Positions 33,479 to 43,987 of a stretch of DNA of 64,000 nucleotides are shown here, piece after piece. The DNA comes from a virus (taxonomy: Duplodnaviria > Caudoviricetes). The notes beneath the pieces are model-generated. The model was not told the origin of the DNA. It did no database searches and saw only the letters and a program-made list of their open reading frames with translations. The translations under genes were made by a program, and so were the position numbers. The stretch spans positions 4,155-68,154 of the IMG/VR virus record IMGVR_UViG_3300014204_000183. The stretch is one strand, 5' to 3'. Positions within the stretch are counted from its first letter, which is position 1; the number at the start of each line of letters is the position of its first letter.

Positions 33479-34569
33479 TCTTCATTCCTTTGGCGCAGGT
33501 AGCGAGCGTCTTTAGGGATTCCGTCGTCAGATAGCTCTCTGTATTTAAATGTTATGGACTGCCCAAGTTTGAAATGCTTAGCATTTGTCCCCCTGGGCAT
33601 CTCAATGCCTGGATTTGTTCTGGCAAAAAATTCATCTTTATCCGTGAACTGTCGCTCTTCATCTGTCAGACCAGATAGCTCTAGCCTCTTTCCATTGTAG
33701 TCCAGAATCAGGGCTCCAATTTTACCAAGTAATTTCGACCCACGCTCAGTTTCTCTTCCGCTTGTAAATCCTACTAGCCGCCCCTCATCGTCGTCGAACG
33801 GTTTGTATTTTAGTACTCCGTGTGACCGCTGTGGTTCCCAGACACCCTGTGGGTCACGTATAACAACACCCTCACCACCTTGTTCAATAATCTGCGTCAG
33901 CATTTGTTCTATGTAGTTAGTGACACCCTCTTCAGGCAACAATTTTTGTTGTAGAAGATAAACTAGACCTTCAGATGGCAGGGCCGATTGCAAGATGCTC
34001 AACTCTTCCTCAAAGGTGGCACTCTCTAGAAATCTAAAGTCTTTTAGAAAGCAATCCGGTCGTGTCTTCATCCAGGCTAGTACTTCCTCGAAGTTTATTT
34101 CTCGACGAAATTGCGGGCAGTTCACTCGGCCATCAATCCCTATAGCAGTAATAGATGGGCTCCCCCAAACAGGGAATTCAATCTTTTCCCACTCAGAATC
34201 AATGGGCACATCTTTTGAACATATTGATCGACACAGTTGGAACGTTCCACGACCAGCCCATAGCTCACCGTCAAGAGGAATACACGGTAATTGATTTATC
34301 CACCAATCTGGGGCCATGATGGGGTTCCCATACCTTGACCACAAGCCAGATGCCACGGGGCGGATCTTGGACTTCAACCCCCCAGTCTTGGGATTATAGA
34401 TATTTGCCCAGGGAACCTTTTTAGTTTCAGATCCACGACTTAGCCCGCCGTCCCAATAGCATCGCGTGCCATCTACTTTTTCAGAGAGATAATGGCCGGC
34501 CACCTTGCTCTTTGCGGCATTATACTTGTGGGCCTGCATCAAAAATTCGCGTCTTTTTGGCATTTTCAT
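33475..34569 (-). CDS. lig: ATP-dependent DNA ligase
   Basis: SEKVDGTR, LDGELW, EGVVIR, LKYKP, OB-fold C-terminus. Confidence 0.92.
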   Translation of the reverse strand: MKMPKRREFLMQAHKYNAAKSKVAGHYLSEKVDGTRCYWDGGLSRGSETKKVPWANIYNPKTGGLKSKIRPVASGLWSRYGNPIMAPDWWINQLPCIPLDGELWAGRGTFQLCRSICSKDVPIDSEWEKIEFPVWGSPSITAIGIDGRVNCPQFRREINFEEVLAWMKTRPDCFLKDFRFLESATFEEELSILQSALPSEGLVYLLQQKLLPEEGVTNYIEQMLTQIIEQGGEGVVIRDPQGVWEPQRSHGVLKYKPFDDDEGRLVGFTSGRETERGSKLLGKIGALILDYNGKRLELSGLTDEERQFTDKDEFFARTNPGIEMPRGTNAKHFKLGQSITFKYRELSDDGIPKDARYLRQRNEE

Positions 34570-34605
34570 CCCTTACTAGTATGCAAATCTGGTGCCAATA
34601 GCACA

Positions 34606-35100
34606 CTATTTTAGCGAATTTGGTGGCATTGGAGCGACTTCTCCTGTCTTTTTTTCATACATCGCGCGAAACCACTGCATATCCGCCCGCAATTGGGCGT
34701 TCAAATCCTTGAGGGTTGCCAATTCTTTTTCATTCGCGACAGCCTTTAGATACGCGATCCGTAATATTTGTATTGCTAGATCGAGATTTTTATGCGTTTG
34801 AGCATTGTCATTCGTTAAGTCCTTTATTGTCGCTGCCGAATCCATAATCACAGACTCATTTTGTTTATTCGTTTCCTGTAGTTGTTTAATCCACTTAGCA
34901 TAATCAATATATTTACGCTCAGCCACTCCCAGGCGTCGATTAGTCGCCACGAGCACTTCTTTAATATCGAGTGATTGACTGGCGACATGTTGTATTTGAT
35001 AATCCTCAAGTTCTTTTATGTAAACATTAACTGAATAGTGATCGATTACTAAAACAAACAGTCCCAGAAAAATTAACAACAGAGCTGATCGTTTACTCAT
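34606..35100 (-). CDS. membrane-anchored coiled-coil protein
   Basis: N-terminal TM plus heptads. Confidence 0.65.
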   Translation of the reverse strand: MSKRSALLLIFLGLFVLVIDHYSVNVYIKELEDYQIQHVASQSLDIKEVLVATNRRLGVAERKYIDYAKWIKQLQETNKQNESVIMDSAATIKDLTNDNAQTHKNLDLAIQILRIAYLKAVANEKELATLKDLNAQLRADMQWFRAMYEKKTGEVAPMPPNSLK

Positions 35101-35101
35101 A

Positions 35102-35749
35102 CTAGCTATCCTTTTGTAAAAAGTTAAGATACCGTTGTTCTAGGTCGCGTCGAATCCGATAAACAGTTGTTTTTGATATCCCTAGATTGGTAGCTATCTC
35201 CATGTATGTATACCCCTTTGCCCGAAGAATAATTAATTTCTGCTCAATGTTTGTTACAGCTAAGGTTAAGAGTGTGTCTTTAAGGTCAATTATTTGTGTT
35301 GGAGTTCCTGTCAGTAAATCGTCCCGTAATTTTAATCGAAGGCTGATAGGGTCGCCATTTTTAAATTTTTTTCGTAGATAATTCCCTGTAACATTAGGAT
35401 TATTATCATCGATATTAAAATTAACTAGAACTTGTTTGATAACTTGGCAAAAATATTTAGATACAGAGACATATTCAACTGGCTGAGTACGTAAATTAGC
35501 GACCCATTCACACGTGCGCAGAGTAAGGATACTAACTAGGTCCGATGAATGCCGTTGCATAGATGGTATTTTATATAGCTGTTTTTGTAAGATAACACGG
35601 CACAAAGCTAAGAGTTGCATTAAAAGCTCGTCACGGGCATTGTCGTCACCGGCCTTAAAGGTTTCCGTTAGGGCTTGAATCTGGTCCTTATCATAATTAG
35701 GCAACGAATCAAATAGCGGATCGTGTAATTTCCAGTAGCTATTAACCAT
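35102..35749 (-). CDS. sigma-70-family sigma factor-like protein
   Basis: GDDNARDELL region and C-terminal HTH GYTYMEIATNLGISKTTVYR. Confidence 0.7.
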   Translation of the reverse strand: MVNSYWKLHDPLFDSLPNYDKDQIQALTETFKAGDDNARDELLMQLLALCRVILQKQLYKIPSMQRHSSDLVSILTLRTCEWVANLRTQPVEYVSVSKYFCQVIKQVLVNFNIDDNNPNVTGNYLRKKFKNGDPISLRLKLRDDLLTGTPTQIIDLKDTLLTLAVTNIEQKLIILRAKGYTYMEIATNLGISKTTVYRIRRDLEQRYLNFLQKDS

Positions 35750-35753
35750 TGAA

Positions 35754-36245
35754 TCACCGAAGTTTATTGATAATCCACAATGTCTGTGGATGGTAACTAT
35801 AGTTCATTGCTGATTTAAATGGATAGATATAACCCCGTGAGTCATAGATTGATGAGCCATCCCACGCTACTGCATGGCCTACATGATCTGCTATCCCTGG
35901 GTGCTGAATTAATCCCGTCAGTACTCCCTGTGATGTATTTGCTAGCCACTTGTCAAATCTCTCTAAATAGTAGGCTGTTTCATATGGCGTATATAAATCG
36001 TTAGACCCAACAAATGGCACGGATGCAAACGCCAACTGTATTTCTGTGCAAGAGAATCCATTTACTAAGCAGTATTCAATACACTCCTGGATATGAAAAC
36101 CACGCCGAAATCTCTTATCTGTAGAGCAAATATCGGTCCCATCGTGCCCGAAATATTCAATTAAATTTTCAACCGGCACGTCTAAGGCCATAGCAAACGA
36201 GTCAAGTAGGCACGACCAGTTGTTTGTTGCTTTTTGTAAACGCAT
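35754..36245 (-). CDS. papain-like (C39-like) Cys peptidase homologue
   Basis: Q..NWSCLLDSFAM and GHAVAWDG Cys/His pair. Confidence 0.5.
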   Translation of the reverse strand: MRLQKATNNWSCLLDSFAMALDVPVENLIEYFGHDGTDICSTDKRFRRGFHIQECIEYCLVNGFSCTEIQLAFASVPFVGSNDLYTPYETAYYLERFDKWLANTSQGVLTGLIQHPGIADHVGHAVAWDGSSIYDSRGYIYPFKSAMNYSYHPQTLWIINKLR

Positions 36246-36418
36246 TATAGTTCGGGTTTGGTACCTGTGGCACGGGCAACTGCCAGTCCTTGGTTTATCG
36301 CCTTCTTCTTAGCCTTCTCACGGCTGGCTTCGTTACCAGCAGTGTATGGGTAGGCTTTTCCAACTGTGCCCCATTTGTACGCAGGCTTACCATTTGAAAC
36401 AACTCGTTTAACTGGCAT
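36245..36418 (-). CDS. small basic phage protein, 57 aa (not in ORF track)
   Basis: MPVKRVVSNGKPAYKWG..KAKKKAINQGLA; AAGGAG SD. Confidence 0.7.
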   Translation of the reverse strand: MPVKRVVSNGKPAYKWGTVGKAYPYTAGNEASREKAKKKAINQGLAVARATGTKPEL

Positions 36419-36466
36419 TTTCGTCTCCTTTAGTAGGTACTCATCTTGGGCCTATCAGCCCGTCTT

Positions 36467-36865
36467 TTATGCCTCATCTTCAATCTCCTGCAACCAGCGG
36501 TCTATTTCATCATTTGATGGGCAGTCGGTCAGTTTTAAATAGTCCCATAAATTGGGCGATTGAAAGAGTCTGGCATATTGTTCATCAGAGGCTTCGGTTA
36601 GAATCCATATACCACAGCCATTTTTCATAAGCAGTGGGAACTTATATTTTTGAGCCCGAGTAAACCGATAATGCTCTTCTTGTTTTATTTCAACAAATCG
36701 GACCCCGAAGTTCTTATGACAGATAAATAAATCTGATAGACCAGACTGCCAAGCTCCACCTATAAGACGTTCCACATGCCACCCGCGAGCGCGTAGATAC
36801 TTGACAATATCACGTTGAATACCATATTCAGGCCCGTGTTGTTTACGTATCCTCGGCTTGTCCAT
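36467..36865 (-). CDS. VRR-NUC domain nuclease
   Basis: EYGIQ..GLSDL..FVEIK..AQ. Confidence 0.8.
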   Translation of the reverse strand: MDKPRIRKQHGPEYGIQRDIVKYLRARGWHVERLIGGAWQSGLSDLFICHKNFGVRFVEIKQEEHYRFTRAQKYKFPLLMKNGCGIWILTEASDEQYARLFQSPNLWDYLKLTDCPSNDEIDRWLQEIEDEA

Positions 36866-38515
36866 TTAGACCTCGATGAACCATGTCCAATCTGATCCAA
36901 GTTGTACACGCTTGTTAATACTGAGGGCATACTCAGTAACAGCCTGTGTCACACCCCAGTGTGGATAAAACTGTTCCATGCCAAAATCATGCCCGCAAAG
37001 TATACCGCCGATCCGGATCTTGTGGGCCCATAACTTTATATCAGCGCTAACGCCCGCGTATGAGTGGTCTGCATCAATAAACACGAAATCAAGCGAACCA
37101 TCTTTTATACTCGTGGCTGCATTTTCAGATAAATCCCGAATAATATTAGCTCGGGCACTTGCATGCTTAGTTACTCGAAGTGTTTCGCATAGATCCTCGT
37201 CTCTCTGAGTTTGTGTGCGCTCGGTCACTCCGTCCTCAGACTTAACATATTCGGAATCGTCGGGAAAAACGCCCCACGTATCCACCATGTCGAGGTATAG
37301 ATTAGGTAGCTCGGTCAATAGATAAGCGGACAGCGCTCCGCGATCCACGCCTATTTCAGCACCACGCAAGCGGCCATTAGGCTGTAGATCCTTTATCCGT
37401 TCGACAACGTCCGGCCCACGCCACAGGCCGCGTGTTTCGTACCAGCCACCGCCCAGTAACTTTTGTAAGCGTTTAAAATACCGTAAATACTGGGGGTACA
37501 CTGCTTCAAGACTATATTTAGACTCCGCAACAGCACGACAATCCCATGGGTCTAATAAATGGATATGATTGACGGCACTAACAAACTCGGCCATGTCACG
37601 ACAACAATAGCCTGTTACACCTTGGTCTATGATCTCTGGTAGGGCACCCCAATCACTAGCAATTATAGGTGTTCCACAGGCAAGGGCTTCAATTAGAACC
37701 ATGCCAAAAGGTTCTAACCACCGGCATGGATGGATTAGTGCCTTAGCACCCCGCAGAAGTTCGAGCCGCTTTTTAGTGTCTACATATCCAGTGAACTCAA
37801 CATCTCCCGGCAACTTCCTTACCCACTGTGGAATGTCGTGCGTCACCATATCAACCCCGGCCACAATCAGTTTCATCCCAGCCCGATTCGCCACATCAAT
37901 GGCTATGTCGGTTCCCTTATCCCGGTCAATTCTACCAAGGCATAAGATGTAATCATCCTTTTTAGGCTGAACTTGAAAGTCATTAAGATCCAAATAATGT
38001 GGTATAACTGCATCGCCCCAAGGTGGGTTGCGCTCAAGCTGGAGAACTCCGTATAAATAATGCATCCATGCGCTAGATGGGAACACCTTGTGGTGCGAGA
38101 AAATTCCCGAGTATCCAACCATAAACTCACAGGATAGGGTAGCAATTTCTTCGACAAATTTTTGGTACCAGCCAAAGCTAACTAAGGCAATGTCTCCTGT
38201 CCGGTATCTAGCCCGCAGTGCCTCCCGGCCATTTGCAATATAAGTCTGCCAGATAGAGCCGTCAAGATCGTTTTTCCATGCCGCTTGTGGTACTCCGTTG
38301 TCACCGAGAACTAACCCCTCAGATATCAATTCACTCGGTACAAGCACAACTAATTCGTCACAAGGTGTGTCACTGCCTTCGGCCCCATAGAATGTTACAT
38401 GATGCCCATTGTCCTTGAGCATCTTTGCCATGTTCCAAACTAATGGAGTCATGGGCTCATAAGTATTTTCTTTACGAGTCGGTATTTGTGCCAGTCCGAA
38501 TAAATGAAATCTCAC
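36866..38515 (-). CDS. GT4 glycosyltransferase fused to class I SAM methyltransferase
   Basis: LGRIDRDKG, EPFGMVLIEALACGTP; then AEIGVDRG, DFVFIDADHSY, CGHDF. Confidence 0.88.
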   Translation of the reverse strand: MRFHLFGLAQIPTRKENTYEPMTPLVWNMAKMLKDNGHHVTFYGAEGSDTPCDELVVLVPSELISEGLVLGDNGVPQAAWKNDLDGSIWQTYIANGREALRARYRTGDIALVSFGWYQKFVEEIATLSCEFMVGYSGIFSHHKVFPSSAWMHYLYGVLQLERNPPWGDAVIPHYLDLNDFQVQPKKDDYILCLGRIDRDKGTDIAIDVANRAGMKLIVAGVDMVTHDIPQWVRKLPGDVEFTGYVDTKKRLELLRGAKALIHPCRWLEPFGMVLIEALACGTPIIASDWGALPEIIDQGVTGYCCRDMAEFVSAVNHIHLLDPWDCRAVAESKYSLEAVYPQYLRYFKRLQKLLGGGWYETRGLWRGPDVVERIKDLQPNGRLRGAEIGVDRGALSAYLLTELPNLYLDMVDTWGVFPDDSEYVKSEDGVTERTQTQRDEDLCETLRVTKHASARANIIRDLSENAATSIKDGSLDFVFIDADHSYAGVSADIKLWAHKIRIGGILCGHDFGMEQFYPHWGVTQAVTEYALSINKRVQLGSDWTWFIEV

Positions 38516-38694
38516 GCTTGCTCTCCATCTAAAATGTTGACTGTCTTCGCTAATTCCCCTAACGTCCGTCGTAACTCGCCAGCGGAGGCTGTATTCCATT
38601 CAATGATACCGCGCTGGCTAGCTAGTGCTCGTAGCTGTCGTGTTGTTAAGTTGTAGTAAATTGTGCTCGTTACATCATCTAGCTCTTCTTTCAT
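38512..38694 (-). CDS. small helical protein (Rho_N-like)
   Basis: LTTRQLRALASQRGI. Confidence 0.5.
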   Translation of the reverse strand: MKEELDDVTSTIYYNLTTRQLRALASQRGIIEWNTASAGELRRTLGELAKTVNILDGEQA

Positions 38695-39014
38695 AGTTCC
38701 GGCTCCAATTCTAAGGTTGACGCAATAATCGCGAGGTGCTTTAATGTATACCAACTTTGATTCTCAGGGTCGTCTATTCTAGACGGTATTTGAACTACCC
38801 CATTCTTAAAAATGTCCCAACACATCCCCGGCAATGTGAAAAGAAATCCGTATTCAACTTTATAGGGGTTAGTCCACGTTATACGCATCCATCGCCCTGG
38901 TGTGACAGTATCCCACCCGTCTCCTACGAGCTTACCGTCTGGGAAGGGTATTGAGTTATCATTAGCAAAGGTTATTAAAGCTAAGAGCCTTATAAGCTGT
39001 ATATTTTCAGTCAT
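38691..39014 (-). CDS. hypothetical protein
   Basis: 107-aa ORF. Confidence 0.55.
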   Translation of the reverse strand: MTENIQLIRLLALITFANDNSIPFPDGKLVGDGWDTVTPGRWMRITWTNPYKVEYGFLFTLPGMCWDIFKNGVVQIPSRIDDPENQSWYTLKHLAIIASTLELEPEL

Positions 39015-39444
39015 TAAACCAGTAGTCCTTAAACTGTCTTACTAGATGCTTTGCCCGGGATTCTACATTCTGATGATTTATTTCGCGACCCTCTCGAAAT
39101 TGTTCGTAATGTACAAACTCGTGCATAAGAATATATAATAGCTTGTCCATGCTACTTTTATACTCTCTGCCATTATTAAGCACACCAATGTGCGAATAAC
39201 GTCGCTGTCGTAGAATTATATCTCTAGTGTCTCTGAAAAATAACCCGAGGACACGCTGTGGATTTGGATATTTAAGCTGCTTTAAGAAACTCCGCATATT
39301 TTTGTCGGTAAAAAACGTTATCTTCAATTTATGTGGTATCTTTTGTGTTTGTCTTAACCAGTCTCCCGCGGCATGGACTAGTCCATTATACTTCTCATAT
39401 ACGCCTTTGTCAACTTGAATACTTAGCATGCTTGCTTTTTCCAA
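39007..39444 (-). CDS. zincin-like metalloprotease domain protein
   Basis: LMHEFVHYEQ...E. Confidence 0.6.
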   Translation of the reverse strand: MEKASMLSIQVDKGVYEKYNGLVHAAGDWLRQTQKIPHKLKITFFTDKNMRSFLKQLKYPNPQRVLGLFFRDTRDIILRQRRYSHIGVLNNGREYKSSMDKLLYILMHEFVHYEQFREGREINHQNVESRAKHLVRQFKDYWFND

Positions 39445-41825
39445 GTTATGTGTCGCATGGACTCCGCGGACTTCTTTTCAGCCCAGTTCTTACACTCAAG
39501 ACCCCACTTGATACCAATGAGAGGTACTTGTGGTCGAAATGATTCTACAGTTGTCTCAACTGTGTCCGCGACTTCGTTGACATACTTAGGATGTGTGACA
39601 CAAATAATTTCATCGTGGACATTCATAGGGGCAACACGCCATTCATTTACACCTGCCGGTTGAATATCCCATATTTTTCTCTGAGTTTCTTTTGTTATCT
39701 GTGCCCCAGGAGATTGTATTAAATGGTTATTTGCAGCCCGCATATTAGCGGCTTGAATTTGAAAGGCGGCTCCAAATAAGGCACTTTGAGTTGCTCCACC
39801 AACGAGTTGTAGTCGGTCTCTACGAACTACCTGCAACTTGCAATTACGCCAAGCTACTGGAGGTTTGTTTGCTAGTTCAAAGAGGGCCTTGCAAATCTTA
39901 TTCTCAAGTGTAAAGTAACGACGGAAGCCTAAAAATGTTTCTACATAATCTTTAGGCTCGCACCAGACAACCTGCTTTCCAATACCATCCGGCTGCCGCA
40001 TTGAGCAAAAGTCATTCTGAATGCGGGTGCGAGAGCGTCCGATTCCTGGATACTTAGCACACCACTTATCATACGCTTTGTGTGCTTGATCGGCTGGGAT
40101 GTTTAATTTTTTATTCCATGTTGTATCATCACCACCATATAAAAAGCCGAACATACCTTGTTTTGAGCGGGTGTAATAATCAATATCTGGAGATTGAGCC
40201 CCGTCCGAGGCTACAATTTCTTCGTAGCTGAGCTGCGGGTATAATTCAACGCCCAAGAGAGCATGGATCTTTTTTCCATCAAGTAATGTCTGGTGTAAAT
40301 CATCATCATCAAAGACAGCGTCGGCGATGGTTACTTCAAACGCATCGAAGTCACCATTACAAAGTGTGTAACCTTCCCAAGCCAGTGGGAACATCTCACG
40401 GACATTTTCTGCATGCTTTACACCTTGGACATTCAAACCATCGCCACCTGCCATACGTGAGGACAATGTACCGATTACCTTGAAACTAGCATGTAAGCGG
40501 CCCGCTTGTAGTAGTTTTGTGTAGAGTTCAACTTCCTTTGCCGCTATCTTTATGCCAAGAATCTCGGAGGCTCGAACCGCGGCTGGGTGCCTACCTACAT
40601 ACAACCTACCAGTCCCATTACAGCGGATGCAATGGCCATCATCACCATCGCCACCACATTTAGTACAGGCTTCCTCTTCATCTATTGTCCACTTTTCTAG
40701 CTGCTCAATATTTTGTTTCTTGGTGCTCTCTTCAATAATCAGGGCTTCCATGTCATCTAAGCATTCAGACAAATATCGACGAACCGCTGGCGGCTTATTA
40801 ATATTAACTGGGGACTGTGCGACTGTCGCTACCGCCGTTTGTAATAAGTTTTCAATACCCTCTTTATTTATAGTAAAGCCGTGCCAACGAACAGCAGCGA
40901 CCATACATGCAAGCTCGCTGTCAGTGTCCCCTGGATCAGGGCGTCCAAAGTGATCCCAAAGAAGTCGCGTATATTTTACATCATCAGAAGCATACTCACG
41001 GGCACGCTCATTTTCTGACCAGTGTCGAATATGCTCCGGTATTAACGCTGGCCACGCCATACCAACTAGTTTCCCACTAGAGTCGTAGCATTCCCAATTT
41101 GATGGATCGGCCACAGCCAGGGCTGTGGGGGCATACCCCAATTCATAGGGGCGCCAGCTACGGTCTAGTTCAATATCCTCATAATGATATTTGGGTGGGA
41201 TTTTTAAGGCGTATTCTGTTAAAAACTTCAGGCCACCAGCAGCGTGAAATTTTAGCACAACATCTTTGAAATCTTGGTTTACAACACCACGCTTGGATAC
41301 AATATCATAAACCTTCCAGCGTGGGGCATCTTTGTCGGCTGTCTTTGCAAAGTATATACCATCCAATTCTATCCGACGTTCTAATTCCTGGGCCAATGCG
41401 TACGCAAGTGCTGTAGGTACGCGTTTGATACGTATATCCTCACGTGCCATTAAAGACTGATAAGGGCCCCTACGTGAATGTAGCAGAAGGTCACACGCTG
41501 CGACTGGTTTTAAACATGGGCCGTCCATACCTTGTGGTTCCTTTAGAGCAATCTCTTGAATATGTTGCTCGGGGATCCAGTCGGGTGGTAAGAGTTTCCA
41601 AATCGTATACAGTTTAGCCAGGAGAAACATATCAAACGCTAAATTGAAGCCAATTATACTATGCTGCATGAAATCTTCAATTAATTGAAGAGTCTCTCGC
41701 ACTGGCCGTTTCCAAGGCTCGTATAGTATAATTGGGCCGTCATCATATGCATACTGGATAAGAACAGCTTGTCCATGAAGCCCGACGCTCTCAGTATCTA
41801 TGAATACGTTAATCGGTGATTTCAT
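39423..41825 (-). CDS. polA: DNA polymerase family A with 3'-5' exonuclease domain
   Basis: FIDTE, GFNLAFD; motif A DFDAFE, B RSKQGMFGFLYG, C VHDEI. Confidence 0.92.
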   Translation of the reverse strand: MKSPINVFIDTESVGLHGQAVLIQYAYDDGPIILYEPWKRPVRETLQLIEDFMQHSIIGFNLAFDMFLLAKLYTIWKLLPPDWIPEQHIQEIALKEPQGMDGPCLKPVAACDLLLHSRRGPYQSLMAREDIRIKRVPTALAYALAQELERRIELDGIYFAKTADKDAPRWKVYDIVSKRGVVNQDFKDVVLKFHAAGGLKFLTEYALKIPPKYHYEDIELDRSWRPYELGYAPTALAVADPSNWECYDSSGKLVGMAWPALIPEHIRHWSENERAREYASDDVKYTRLLWDHFGRPDPGDTDSELACMVAAVRWHGFTINKEGIENLLQTAVATVAQSPVNINKPPAVRRYLSECLDDMEALIIEESTKKQNIEQLEKWTIDEEEACTKCGGDGDDGHCIRCNGTGRLYVGRHPAAVRASEILGIKIAAKEVELYTKLLQAGRLHASFKVIGTLSSRMAGGDGLNVQGVKHAENVREMFPLAWEGYTLCNGDFDAFEVTIADAVFDDDDLHQTLLDGKKIHALLGVELYPQLSYEEIVASDGAQSPDIDYYTRSKQGMFGFLYGGDDTTWNKKLNIPADQAHKAYDKWCAKYPGIGRSRTRIQNDFCSMRQPDGIGKQVVWCEPKDYVETFLGFRRYFTLENKICKALFELANKPPVAWRNCKLQVVRRDRLQLVGGATQSALFGAAFQIQAANMRAANNHLIQSPGAQITKETQRKIWDIQPAGVNEWRVAPMNVHDEIICVTHPKYVNEVADTVETTVESFRPQVPLIGIKWGLECKNWAEKKSAESMRHITWKKQAC

Positions 41826-41831
41826 AATAAA

Positions 41832-42209
41832 CTAATCAATAGTGTTCCAGAGTTCATACGACCAACCCGGACCCTTGACGCTGGCACTACGAATTAAACC
41901 TGTGACATGTCGGCCTTTGGGTAATGAGATTATCATATGCTTCTCATAGACTAACATATCAGCAAAAAGCGTGCCATCTTTCGATAAACTTCCAACAATC
42001 TGGCATGGCCGGTTCTTTTTAAAATCTTTTCCAGAACTCCTAACTAATGCCCGTCCGCCGCCAAGCATCTCAAACTCAAAAATCTTGGCAGTTGTCTCAA
42101 TTATAAGAGTGGTGCCACGCCGTAATTTTGTCGGTTCAATGACACCCATCTTACGTTTAGCGTCAATATCATCCTGAGAAGGGAACATCTTCTTCTGAGT
42201 GGTCTGCAT
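41832..42209 (-). CDS. hypothetical protein
   Basis: 125-aa ORF. Confidence 0.6.
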   Translation of the reverse strand: MQTTQKKMFPSQDDIDAKRKMGVIEPTKLRRGTTLIIETTAKIFEFEMLGGGRALVRSSGKDFKKNRPCQIVGSLSKDGTLFADMLVYEKHMIISLPKGRHVTGLIRSASVKGPGWSYELWNTID

Positions 42210-42705
42210 TTAATACATCCTTAATTTCTGAATAGATTTGTTTATCAGCCACACGCCCCATCGACCATACTAGTAGACGAATCGGTAATCCGCCAATGCC
42301 CTTACCCATAAGATACTTAATCATTTGTTGGATGCGTTCGTGACTCTTCCGTGTTGTTTTATGATACAGATCATTGACACACACACTGGTGCCGGCCTTT
42401 CGCTCATTTAGAACCCGTAGAGAGGCTCGCTTCCATCTGGCCGGACGCAGGCTAACAACAACTTCTAGATCCGAAGGTGTAAATAATCCTATCTCTGCCG
42501 CTTGTTGTACTTCTAATGGTAATTCTAATAAAGCTAAGCGACGGCGTATCCAAATATAAGATCGCCCAATCTGCCGACCAATTTCACGAAGTGTTAGGCC
42601 GTGAACACTTCGCCTATGTGGCTGTAATGATTGTAAGAGTCGGGCCTGCTCCATTAAATTTAGTGATGGATTTTTTAGGGCCTGTGCCACGTCTTCAATA
42701 GACAT
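42169..42705 (-). CDS. ParB/KorB-like HTH protein lacking N-terminal domain
   Basis: LNLMEQA..LTLREIGRQIGRSYIWIRRRLALLELP.EVQ. Confidence 0.7.
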   Translation of the reverse strand: MSIEDVAQALKNPSLNLMEQARLLQSLQPHRRSVHGLTLREIGRQIGRSYIWIRRRLALLELPLEVQQAAEIGLFTPSDLEVVVSLRPARWKRASLRVLNERKAGTSVCVNDLYHKTTRKSHERIQQMIKYLMGKGIGGLPIRLLVWSMGRVADKQIYSEIKDVLNADHSEEDVPFSG

Positions 42706-43612
42706 ATTTTTCACCAAAGAGTTTAATGGTGGCGTCATAGTCTGGGTCATCGGGTCTCACCGCTTTATAAACGAGTATATTCGGTAGGTCGGCTATCAGT
42801 AGCAGTTTTTCCTGCTCTTTACAAGCATTGAGTATCGAAATGCGTAATTTCAAATTGCCGCTTTGACACTTTAATTCAATAATAGTCTGCAAACTAAAAT
42901 CAGCGGTCAGCTTGTTAATACTGGCAGACCAGCCTGTATAGCCTAGATGCTTGTCAAAATACTTTCGCTTCTTACCTCTGGGGTCATTTATGTATAATAT
43001 TTCTGCATCATAATTAAGTCCCAGGTCAACGGCTACATAATCCGCCGATGGAATACTTGAGGGTAGAGCTGTTGCAAGATCACTGAGTACCTTTGACTGG
43101 CTGTAGTTTAGATACGAGGTCTGGTTTGTTTGAATACCGTGTTGTAGCAGTGTTTCTGGTGTAGTATCTGGCCGCGATAGTTCCCATGGTGAGAACTTCT
43201 GGCAAGTGGCGCGCCCAACTAGTTTCTCTCCGTAGGCCACAACCTCGCTTAGTTCATAATTGCGAAGTCCTACCCCCTTAATTTTTAGGAGAATCGAATA
43301 ATTCCCCCGCCTAACAGTCGCCCGAAGATCAAGTATCTGGCTACGTTTATCGAGCTCACCAAACCATTCCGTGGCGCCAAAAGTCATGCTAAGAAGCATC
43401 CTTAGTGGCTCGTCCTTTTCGCTGGCTCCTAATACGTACACCAGTGCCAAATCAAAGTCAGAGGTGCGGGTCCACAGTTCGTTAGGGGATGGAAATAACC
43501 GTGGTAATTCGACAACTATATTCTTATAATCAAGGAGGTCGGACTTTAATACCTCAGAAGCCTCGATCTGGTGCTCAGCCAGCGATAGTAGTTGGTCAAT
43601 CAAGTTCATCAT
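42695..43612 (-). CDS. hypothetical protein
   Basis: ~305-aa ORF, no motif recognised. Confidence 0.7.
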   Translation of the reverse strand: MMNLIDQLLSLAEHQIEASEVLKSDLLDYKNIVVELPRLFPSPNELWTRTSDFDLALVYVLGASEKDEPLRMLLSMTFGATEWFGELDKRSQILDLRATVRRGNYSILLKIKGVGLRNYELSEVVAYGEKLVGRATCQKFSPWELSRPDTTPETLLQHGIQTNQTSYLNYSQSKVLSDLATALPSSIPSADYVAVDLGLNYDAEILYINDPRGKKRKYFDKHLGYTGWSASINKLTADFSLQTIIELKCQSGNLKLRISILNACKEQEKLLLIADLPNILVYKAVRPDDPDYDATIKLFGEKYVY

Positions 43613-43712
43613 CGAACTCCAACTGTAAATTGTCAAATTCCATTAAATCTTCTTCCTCTTCCAGATCGGGGAGGTCGAGAAATTCATAGATCGAGATAAA
43701 TTGTGGGAACAT
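43596..43712 (-). CDS. acidic 38-aa microprotein (not in ORF track)
   Basis: MFPQFISIYEFLDLPDLEEEEDLMEFDNLQLEFDDELD*; TAATG coupling. Confidence 0.55.
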   Translation of the reverse strand: MFPQFISIYEFLDLPDLEEEEDLMEFDNLQLEFDDELD

Positions 43713-43987
43713 TATTTTCGTCGTTTGAATTGGACTTTATATGCCTTAGCGACTAATGTACGAAGATCATCTAGGTGCTGTTGTACGGCAGGATCTTCCT
43801 TAGCTGGTTGAGCACAGGCCACAAGCGAGTTTGACAGTCCTTGTAGTGCCGCTGAGTTAAATGGAAGGCGCACGGTTGGCTTGGCAAATGCCGAGTCTTC
43901 GTCAAAAACAAGCCGAGCAACCCGATTATTATCATCGATAAAATACCAATCCAATCCGTAATTATTTATGGACCATTCAATCTTCAT
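43712..43987 (-). CDS. hypothetical protein
   Basis: 91-aa ORF, GAGG SD. Confidence 0.65.
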   Translation of the reverse strand: MKIEWSINNYGLDWYFIDDNNRVARLVFDEDSAFAKPTVRLPFNSAALQGLSNSLVACAQPAKEDPAVQQHLDDLRTLVAKAYKVQFKRRK

